Assembly (NCBI GenBank): GCA_043228905.1
Contig: JBHGNT010000366.1
Location: 1-31,006, forward strand
Source of the DNA: Azolla caroliniana
Lineage: Eukaryota; Plantae; Polypodiophyta
Length of the DNA stretch: 31,006 nt
Direction of reading: 5' to 3'
Of the stretch, positions 1 to 10,600 are shown in pieces (position 1 is the stretch's first letter; each line of letters begins with the position of its first letter). Below the pieces are notes generated by a model. That model made no database searches. It was not told where the DNA came from and saw only the letters and a list, made by a program, of their open reading frames with translations. The position numbers were made by a program, and so were the translations under genes.

Positions 1-1066
1 ACATTATGGAAATACATAATGCACTTAGAGCTTTAAGTCTTATGTCTTGTCCAGGGGAGGATGGAATTACTCCACATTTTTTCCTCAATTATTGGGAATA
101 TATTGGGGAAGATTTAACAAAAGCTTATCAAAGAATTTTTGACACTGGGTATATGCCTCGTAGTATGGCAGTTGGTTTGATTTATTTAATACCTAAGGGT
201 GAAGGTATATCAGATGATATTAGAAAATGGAGACCAATAACTTTGTTAAATACAATATATAAAGTCTTTGCAAAAACATTGGCTTTGAGAGTGCAACCTT
301 TTTTGCATGATTTGATTCATATCACCCAAACAGGTTTTATTCAGGAAAGAAGTATACTGGATAATTTGTTCTTTTTTTGGGAAGCCATTGCCTTGGCTAG
401 GAAGAAAAAAGAGAATTTAGTGATTTTGTTACTTGACTTTGAAAAAGCATATGATCGTGTTGATTGGGAATTTCTTCAGGGTACTCTTGTAAGATTGGGT
501 TTTCCGGAGAAATGGGTGATAGGAGTGTCTTCTTTGTATAATTCAGCATGCAGTTCTGTTTTGGCTGGAGGGGTTAAAGGTGATGAGTTTCAAATTTCCC
601 GAAGTGTAAGACAAGGCTGTCCACTTGCACCATATCTATTTCTGTTTTTTGCTGAAGCAATGAGTTTGTTTTTGACTGCTGAAGATGTTGGATTAAAAGG
701 AATAGCAATGCCCATTGATGGGATAAATGTGGTTGATGTAGAATTTGCTGATGACACAAGTTTGTATCTGGATTGTCACAATAATAATCTGCAGAAAATG
801 TACACAGCAATGCAAACATTTTGTATAGCTGCAGGTGCAGCACTTAATTGGAATAAATCAGTGGGTTTTTGGGTGTCGTCTGATTCCACAACTCCACAAT
901 GGAGTCCTCATCCAGATTTCAGATGGGTTCCCGAGGGCACTTCAGTTAGATATTTGGGATGTCAAGTAGGGTTGAATATTTCTTCAGAAATTCAGGTTGC
1001 TTCTTTGTTATTGAAAATTAGGAAAAAACTTATGTTTTGGAGTAAAGCTAAACTATCATTTGCGGG
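1..1066 (+). mobile_element. L1/Tx1-clade LINE ORF2 reverse transcriptase fragment, runs off the window start and is truncated 3' at about 1066
   Basis: ORF 6..1091 has non-LTR RT motifs WRPITLLNTIYK, QTGF, LLLDFEKAYDRVDW, SVRQGCPLAPYLF, EFADD, YLG and W-x-x-x-x-LSFAG. Similarity stops right after LSFAG. Confidence 0.93.
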
Positions 1067-2596
1067 TATCCACCCATGTTTCAAACTATGATTATGTATA
1101 TGCGCCCTTGGTTCAGACTTGAGAGTGTCTATAACATGCAACATTATATGTAAATAATCAAATAATGTTCCCAATAAATGTTTTTTTAAAGAGGCTCGCG
1201 ATGCATACCAATGCCATCTTGTCTCTGGGTAGGAATTTTATGGCATGTGTGCATTTGAGGGACAAAAAAGAGCCCTACAAGACAATTTGGCCAACATATA
1301 TGGAATCCAACACTTTGATGGATATTTTACATCATGGTATATTACCTTGGTAACAATTTGCCTTGTCCACTTGGGATGTTCCATCACTTTTTTTCTATCA
1401 TACAAGTGCCAAAAAAGAGAACCACGATATGTTACTTTAGGCCAAATACATTATCCCTTTCCCAAAAGTAAATGTCATAATGCTTAAAACACAACTCATC
1501 AAGGTGTGTGTAATTGGCTATTTGAAACCACAAAATTGACATACTAGGTCACTTTTTTTAGCGAATCCAAGATATTCAAAATAACGAATAACACGAGGGT
1601 GCTCATGTCAACAAGATATATGGTGCACCATTTGTTGTGAAAACATCTTTAAGGGAGGTGCGTGTGTAAAGTGCTAAAATTCAAAACCAAAATTGCTATT
1701 TTATATGGACCATTAACATAATAAACCATGTGCTATTGTAACATGGTGGTACATGAACTAAAATTTCAATCAAGCCCCCTTGCTACTTTGGGGAGTAAAT
1801 AAATTACTCATAAATGCACTTACATTGAGAAAGGTATACATAACTAGGGGGCCTTGCGTTGTTTTTCTTGATGTTAAAATTCCATTCATTAGTTAATCAA
1901 GTCATTGACTATTTTCACGTTAATCATCTTTGTAATGGCAATATTGTTCACCAATTTCTCCCACAATAATGTAATACTCTAGAATGATTATTTTGGGTGA
2001 TAAACATTTACTAGCCAATTTAAGTTGTCATAATGGTTCTCAAGTTTTAAAACCTCAATTATTGAGTAAAGAATGATATGCACAACACGTATATGACTTC
2101 CTCGACATCAATCGATGAATGTGCATTAGCCTCAAACCTTGTCTAAAACCACTTGTATAGTCAACTCAGTATTGCATGACAAAGTCCATCCATATGAAAA
2201 ATCTATACCATGCAATGCTTAAGTACAACAATCACGTAGAGGGGAAATATCATCATAAGATCAAATTGTATACGTTTTCATTTATAAACCATAATGCCAC
2301 AAAGTCTCCATTTTGAGGGACTAGACAATCACCTAACATTGCGAGACAAAACAATAACTACAAACAATTGCTTATGAAAAAAACAATGCATGTGGGCATC
2401 CCTCCGCCCCAAGCATTGTTTGTTCTATCATCACCTAAACCTAATAAATAATCAATGATATAGATAAATGGAGTGATAACTTAAATCACATCCTCAATGC
2501 ACCCCTCGTATTTTTTGGGTAATAACACACAATTATATGAAAAAACAACTTGTTATAACTTCTTAGTCTCCTCTCTCGCTCTGTGTCTCTCTCTAT

Positions 2597-3992
2597 GCAT
2601 TTATGAATTGGAAGAAATGGTTACCAAGTTTGTAAAGGTAGAATGTGTTGAAGAAGTTGCCATTGGGAATGTCGTGATTATGCTTTTGCTATATGCAGAT
2701 GATGTAGTGTTTTTTGCAAATACTTTAGGAGATGCACAAAAGCTTATGAAGGCATTGGAATTTTTTTGCATGCATAGTAAATTAAGTGTCAATAGCTCTA
2801 AAACAAAGATTATGTTTGTGAATAGCCAAAAAAGAGATGAACCATGCATTATGTACAACAATTAGCCACTTGAATGTGTGGAAAGCTTCAAATATATTGG
2901 CCTCGACATTCCTTCAAATCATAAATAGAATGAATGTGTTACACGCTGATTAGAGGCGGGTAAGTGAGCATACTATGCATTTGACAACACATGCAATCGT
3001 GGAGATACTAAGTGTTGGGTCCTTGAGAAATATCTTATTGACACTTTGGTGACACCGGTTCTTCTCTATGGTGGAAGTATGGGACGGTAGCATCCCTAAA
3101 TCTACGTGGAATGAGTTTGAAAATGTCAACAAACTTTTTCTTACAAAGTATTGACAAGTTGAGAAACAAATGCCCTACACCCTCCTCCTTGAGACGAGAT
3201 TGCTTCCCATTGATATCATGGCCATGGAAAGGGTTGTTGAATACATGCTTAAGGTTCAAAAAAGTCCCTCACATCAACTTCCTAGAATTGCATGGGAAGC
3301 AAGAAAAAAGATCCAAAAGGTGCATAAAAGCAATTTTTTGTGTTCCGGTTTGATGCAATATATAGAAGAATGGTTTGGTAGATGGGATGGAAGACACTTG
3401 TTTCATGATGCATCACTAGATTCCTTAGTAAATGAGGCGTTTTTGCAATGCCAATGTATCATGACATGGGACAAATGTGGGAGCTCACGCGTCACGCATT
3501 ATACTACACATGTTGCACCTAACTACAAAACCATATTCTTTGCGGAACAGGGAAACCATACAGATAGATGCATGTTAGAGCCCATCCCATTATCTGCCAT
3601 TCAAACCATTGCTTCCATGTGACTTAGCTCACATGCATTGCAATGTGAGATGGGGCGTTGGGACACAAGTGATGAGAGTGGCCGACTATGCACACATTGC
3701 CCTAAACAAGTTCGCGAGTCTTAGTATCACACGTTGGGATACAATGCTCTGCCTTTGATCATATTCGACCATGCTTTCCACATCTCTTTGATCGAGCCCA
3801 ATCCTTGCACGAATTTCTCTCACAACTACAATGTGCACTCTCGATTGCAGCATTCATTGGTAAAGTTCTTGAACATCGAGAGTCGCTACTCACTTTCACA
3901 CGTATCACGTGAAATGTAATATTTTTGGTCTCATAGGTCATATTTGACCTCCGAAGATGATAATATAATCTATCTATCTATCTATCTATCTA
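2597..3992 (+). mobile_element. 5'-truncated, frameshifted RTE/RTEX/L2-like LINE (RT C-terminal half, Cys/His C-terminus, (TATC)n tail)
   Basis: Across frames: LLLYADDVVFFA, LSVNSSKTKIM, LECVESFKYIG, DTLVTPVLLYG, LLLETRLLPI and SSHALQCEMGRW...RLCTHC. Ends in a stem-loop plus (TATC)n. Imperfect TSD TGTCTCTCTCTAT (2584-2596) / TGTCTTTCTCCAT (3993-4005). Confidence 0.85.
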
Positions 3993-3993
3993 T
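3969..3993 (+). repeat. (TCTA)n microsatellite forming the LINE 3' tail
   Basis: tctatctatctatctatctatctat read directly. Confidence 0.9.
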
Positions 3994-4220
3994 GTCTTTC
4001 TCCATAAGTTGAAGACACCCACCCCAACCTCTTAAGCACACATATCCCTAAGCAATCCATACATGGAGAATATCTCATTGCACTATTCTCGGGCCGGAGA
4101 GATCATGTAGTCTGCGTATTTGATGGGGGGTGATTCTAGATCACATCAACATCCATCCCCCCATCTTTCCGGCCATTTCTATGTCGACAATACAAGCCAA
4201 TCTCTTTCGTGTGACAACGG

Positions 4221-4226
4221 GGCCCA
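4221..4226. promoter_or_regulatory. Site II-like motif GGCCCA about 280 bp upstream of the importin ATG
   Basis: A single GGCCCA in a GC-richer proximal upstream region; motif match only. Confidence 0.25.
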
Positions 4227-4505
4227 ACCAACTGAGATGATCATGCACTACATCAGAAAATGACACTTCTCCTTCTCCTTCTCCTATGGAGTGCGAAGAA
4301 ACACACTACAACTCGCTTAAAGAAGGAGAATGAGTTTGGAACATCTTTTTTCGTTGAGAAGGAAGGCACATATATGTACATTATACATACATATATGTAT
4401 TTTTCATCGAACAAACCAAATTCTCATGAGAAAGAGAGTGAAGAAAGCGAAAGCCATTCCTCCTCCTTTCTTCTTCTGATTCTCTCAGACGATCGGAGCT
4501 CAGCT

Positions 4506-4646
4506 ATGGCGCTCTCCTCTACAGACCTCGTAGCGATCTACACCCTACTCGAGAATGCATTGAGCCAGGACGAGTCCTTGCGTAAGCCTGCTGAAGCTGC
4601 CATGGTGGCCTGTGAATGCAGACCGGGTTTCTGCTCTATCTTGCTG
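4506..4646 (+). CDS. IPO11: importin-11 exon 1
   Basis: ATG...CSILL|GTAAGT. Confidence 0.92.
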
Positions 4647-7600
4647 GTAAGTAACATTTGGTATGATTCCTCGCGCAAAAATGACCTAGATTTGTTTGAT
4701 ATGTACATGAAAGCTAGTTTGTTATGTTTTCTATTCAAAAGACTGGAAAATTATACTGCTACTTTCTCTATATTTCTGGTAACTGAGCTTTGATGTGATT
4801 TATATCGTAAAGATGACGACCTAAATTAGTCATGGCAGAAGAACCAGACTGTTAGTCGCATTAGTTGTATGCTATCTTGCTCTATCTTGATTGTAGGTAC
4901 GTTTGGTGTGATTCTCTCGGAAGTATGATGTAAATTAGGTTATGGAAGAAGAATCAGACATATTTTTTGATGTATTTTATTGTCAGAAGAGTGAAAAGTG
5001 TACTGTTTGACGTTTTTTGATTTCTTCTCTACCTTGCTGGTTAGTGATATTGAAATCTCTAGTAAAGATGGCCTAAATTAGGCCATGGAAATTGAAGAAG
5101 ACTGCATGTTTAATGTGTCTTCTTTTCAAAAGAGCAGAAGTTATACCATGTTTTCCCTATCCTGCTTCTAAGTAAGCTTTGCTATGATTTATCTGGTGAA
5201 CATGACCTACATTAGTCTTCAGAAGATGAAGGAAACTGTTAATTGTATGTGTTTTCCACTCAAAAGAGTAAAACATGTTTAGTAATGAAGATACTAAAGG
5301 CATACTGTTTCAGCTCTGTCATGTTTGTAATTAATTCTATGTGATTTTCTTGCAATGATGAACTCAAGTAGGCTGTTAATGCATCAACAGTAGTTCCTAT
5401 ATTAGTTTGATGTGTTTTCTAATAAATAATTAAAGATATACTGCTTGGTATAATCAAGATGTGTAACACCGTTCCAACTCTATCTTGCTGGTAAGTAAGC
5501 TGATATGATTTGTACGGAAAGATGATCTAAAGTAGGCTATGGATGTAAGATATCAGACAACCAAGCAAGCTTCTAATGTGACATATTTTCTAATGAAAGT
5601 ATGAAACTTAATTTTTTCAAGTTTTATCAAATCAAGATGTGATAGGTATACTTTTGGATCTTGATTTCTTGTAACCAAGATCTGGACAGTATACTGTGCC
5701 TACTCTATCATGTTGGTAAGCAAGTTGATATGATTGTCTTGGAAATATTATCTAGAATAGAATTTAGATGTTTCCTGATGAAAGTTGAAAGGTGCTAATT
5801 GATTATTTACCCAGCCTTGCATTTGGTCTATACTCAGGAGATCATAGCTTCCAGAGATTCCAGTGTTCAACGCAGTGCCAGGTGGTTAGCATCTGTTTAT
5901 CTCAAGAATAGCATCAATCGATATTGGAGGTTTCGGAGAGATTCTTCGTAAGTTCATGAAACCTTTTCACCTTCTAAATCTGTTTTTCAATTATTGGCTG
6001 GCCATGGAGTACTTTTTCTATATCCAATTTCTCGTAATAGCCACGAAATGGGAAGAGCAAATGTTTTATGAGTACGAGATGGTGTTTGGGAAACTTTGTC
6101 TTTATTAATTTTCTTGGTTTCCTTTTCATGTTTAAATTTAGAGGAAATTTATAGAAAATGCCACAAAACCAAGGGAACTAGTAGAAGAGTTATATAATTA
6201 CGTTGAATTTCGTTCTCTTAATGAGTTATTCCACTTGGAAACTCAAATATGTTTGAACTTCTGTTTTAGTGAACACATCCATTGTTTCTTGAACACTGGA
6301 GATTCCCTTTGTACCTTTACAAGATTCAGCCAGACTTATGAAGATTTACAAGGAGAAATTACTTATTAAACTTGTATACTATCATCAAGTCTTTCCCCAG
6401 CACTTCTGAATCCAGTATGCTTATCAAAATTTATGCTGTATATATGAGACGTTCTTGACTCTGACATGGATCTTGTTAGATGATGATGCTGTATGCTGAG
6501 AAACTGTTTTAGTGAATGTACAACTGATCTGTGATGTATGGGCTTGATTTCCAGGGCATTAAGTGATTCCGAGAGGTCTTATGTGCGAAATAAGCTGTTG
6601 GAACTCATTAGAGAAGAAGACAATCAGGTCACATCAACAATCCATCCTTGTTTAAGCATTATGGCATTTTCCTCTATTCTGTACATAAAAGAGATTACTT
6701 TATAAACATTTATGGCATATCAATATCAGCTTTAAAGTTCTGAATGCATTGTATTGCTCATTGATCTCAGATTGCCTTACAGCTGGCATTAGTGATATCT
6801 AAGATTGCACGCATCGACTATCCAAAAGAATGGTAAAATCCCAAATAAATCCTTAAATATGAATTATTCTTGACTGAAACCTTTGCAATAGCATAATACA
6901 TACTGAGCTGAAGAGCAATTTGTTTTGAATTTGACTATGTTTGTTCCATATAGAGAGCTATGGCATTGCAATGACTGACATTCATGTATCTAGGAGAAAA
7001 TTGGAATAGCCAAACATGCTGGTAATAAATTTGAAGTGATGTCTACTGAATTTATAAGACATTATCACCAAACGGCTGGATAGAATTAATGTAATGCTGA
7101 TGTATGAAAGCTTGACCAATTGATGACACTGAAATTTTGAATGGATCTCCCAAATGTCATAGCATTTTCTCGAGCAGCTTCAAAGTTTTAATTTCTTGAT
7201 CTTCTGCTTCATTCTTGAGAGGTTTGATCTATTGAAATTTCTTTAAACTTTGTGATGTAGTTACCATACATTTCTTATACACCTGGGCTGTGTGCTCCAC
7301 TTGAAGACAAAGAATATTGCTCCTTGTCACTAGAAACTCTTATGAAGAATTTTCGCAAGAAAGGGTGCATCAAAGTTCTTTCCATAATGCATCTTTTCTT
7401 GCAAAACTTCTTCGTAAGAGCTTCTAATGACAAGGAGCAATGTCCTTTGTCTTCTTTCTTTGACTCATATTTAATTCCAACACCGTTTACAAAAACCAGG
7501 ACGCCAGAACCTGTTTTTCATCACATACTTTTCAAGGTCACCTTCTTGTCTACTTAGAGAGGCAGTTTTTACAAGATTGTGATGACACTTGTCTATGTCG

Positions 7601-10600
7601 TGACATGTCAATGATGTTATTACATGAAACAAGGACTGGCTTGATGTAAAATCTTTGGATGATGATCACATGACTATCAATTTCATTTTTGAAATGATGT
7701 AAATGAGCTATTTATTTCTCTTTTTCCTTTATTTATCTACTACATCTGTGGAGTTATTTCTTCAGGCCAGACATATTTGCAGTATTGGTACAAAAGCTTC
7801 AGTCGGGAGATGTTCTTCTGAGTGAAAGGGTGTATATGGTGCTGAACCAAGTTTTGAAAGAATTGTCTACCAAAAGATTGATTGCAGATCAGAAAAATCT
7901 TATGGAGGTGAATATTGATGGGTTTCTCTTCCTAGAAAGAAATGAGGTTCTGCTTGCCATGACTTTGGAGTACTCTATTACACTCTGTTTGTGATTGTAC
8001 TTATGATTTCTTTGACTGTGTGATCTATTTAATTTATTTTCCAAATGTTCATGTGGATAATAATAATTTGGAACATGACTGTTAAGTTATGTATTGATGA
8101 AAGCTTGGGAGGACATGAGAAAATTTTCAACTTAGGTCACCCAAATGACTCTTTGATGACCCAGTAATGAAAATCCAGCTTACACACAACTGACTAATAG
8201 TATTACGACAGTAATTATGTCATTACTTTCCTTAAATTGTAAAAACACTCTTCTATCATCAATTTCCTAGATATATAATAAGATTTTGATTAATATCTAC
8301 AGAATGCATAATGTATAATTTACTTTGTGGAAATGCAGGTGACATCCCACCTTTTTGACTACACTTGGCATCATTGGCATGAGGATACCCAAAGCTTATT
8401 AAAGGAATTTTCAAGTCTGTTGCCCAACCCAGAGAGTAGCTTACTTTCACTTGAAAGTAGAAATTTTTTGGAATTGAGGTGTGAGCGTTGGCTTCTTTGC
8501 CTTAAAGCTCTGCGGCGAATGCTGAAGTTTGGTTTTCCGAGTGATGCTAAAACTGTGCAGGTGAAAATATTTAACACTAGTATCCCACACATCAGAACAT
8601 ATATTTTTGTGCAGCAAATTAAATACTCGCTTAGTAAGGGCCAACTTCTGATAGTGATTTTATATTCCAGGAGGTTCCTGCAGTAAAGCAAGTCTGTCCT
8701 CACTTTGTGCAGCAAATTAAATACTTTGTAGGCTATGGTGAGGAAATCGCTTCAGTGACTTTGACAATGAGTTTTTATCTCTTTTCACAACATACACAAT
8801 TTTTTTAAATTAATTGTATTTATAAAGGGCCAATTTCCTTTCCAAATGTACGCATATGTGATTTTTACAATTTGTCATGCAGGGTCCGCATTACAAGAAG
8901 GCCATCCATCACGGGGATTTTTTGAGAAAGCATGCTTAAAATTGTTAAAAACCCTTGTGGATGTTCAGACAGTACACCCTTATACTTTCATTGATGACAC
9001 TATACTTCCTCCATTGTTGCAACTGTGTTATTGGCTAATCACCGAACCACAGAATTATGCTGATTCCTTTGAGCAGCTTTTGATATACAGTATGATCTTC
9101 ATTCAGACAGTCATTCAGTGTAAAGAATATACAGTCATGGGCACAGGCCGAGTTTTAGGACAAACATCTCCTACAATCCAAGAGGCAAAGGAAACCCTTG
9201 CTAGAAAAGCAGAAGGAATATTGAAGTCTCTGCTTGATGACCAACATGTCCTCCTCCTTTGTGACATTCTAGTTCGCAGGTTAGACTCGTATATTACTTT
9301 TTCTTGAAGCACTGAGCATAGGTATCTTCATATCCTCTGTTCTCATTTAAATTGTAGTCAGTAATATTATGTGTGAAATAATTTTGGTAGCCCTAGTAAC
9401 TTTCCCCTGTGTAAATAATACTAATGTGAATACTAAAATGATACATCGAAGGTCTTCATATCTAGAAAAAATAGGTCATCACAATCAGAAGAGGTTTAAA
9501 ACGAACTTTTTTTTATTGTAACAATTGTCTCTTCATATACTCAAAATATCTATGGTCAACACTGTCTTGATAAGATAGTGTAGTTGATCTGATGAGAAGG
9601 ATTATCCTAGAATTAAAACTTAGTTATCCCAGGTATAGAGGCTCATACCATATAGTTTATTATTTGGACCTAGACTCTAGTATATCTCTAGTGATTGGTT
9701 ATCATGAACATTAACTTTAGGGTTCTATTCAACAGTTTCACTTCTTGAAGTATTGTGACTCAGCTGTTTTGAGCTGGTTGAAGATTTAGCATTTCTATTT
9801 ATTGCCAGCAATCTCCAACACCTCCTCTCAGTCCTAGGTGATAGAGGCTTGCAATCATTCATGCTATCGGTTTCATAAATCTACCATTGTGTCGTGTGAA
9901 TGATAGACCTACATGCCCAAGAAGAAAAGTGGAAATCATAAATCTACCATTATGTCGCGTTTAACTCAGTGTGAAGCTACTCTATCTTGGCTTCAAAAGA
10001 ACTTGTAGTTAGCAAGTCATCTATATATAGAATAACTAGACACATCAAACCATCTTGAGGTAGGACGTGGAAATTTCTGTCAGCAAAACATCGTTCGAAT
10101 CCAAGGGAAACAAAGAAAGAATTGATCTTGTCATATCAAGCCTTGGGAGTTTTTTTCAAGCCATGTAATGCTTTCTTCAGCTTATAAACCATACCTTCCT
10201 GACCTGAAATTTCAAATCCAGGGGGAACTTCTTCCATTAGTTCGCCTTTCAAAAAGGTAGACTTAACATCCATTTGGAATATACACCAATTGTAGCGGGC
10301 AGCAAGTTGTAGGTCACATCGGACAGAAGTATACTTTGTTGTGGGAGAAACTGTGTCCTCATAGTCTACTCCTTTGCCACATTTGTTGGACTGCATCCCA
10401 GAATTCTTTAGCTTTCTTGTCATCTTTGCTGAGAAATTGACAAGCAACTTGAGGCTTCATGTTGAAGAGCTTGAAAGCATGAGCACATTCATCTTTGTCT
10501 GGCCAAGAGTCGATTGCATCCTGTGTGGGTCTTATAGATGAAACAATAGAAGTAGCCTTAGGATTGGGCTCCATTCCTTTTACAATACTCCACAAACGAT

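Noticed and set aside
2547-2569. AACTTGTTATAACTT also found at about 29274
   Set aside because: A 15-nt AT-rich match with no extended flanking similarity.
4260-4505. In-frame upstream ATG giving an 82-aa N-terminal extension of importin-11
   Set aside because: The extension is low-complexity and UTR/promoter-like; plant homologs as I recall them begin at MALS, matching ATG 4506.
4634-5800. Repeat array as a CRISPR-like locus
   Set aside because: Whole units are homologous and degenerate with irregular period, there are no unique spacers or cas genes, and it sits in a eukaryotic intron.
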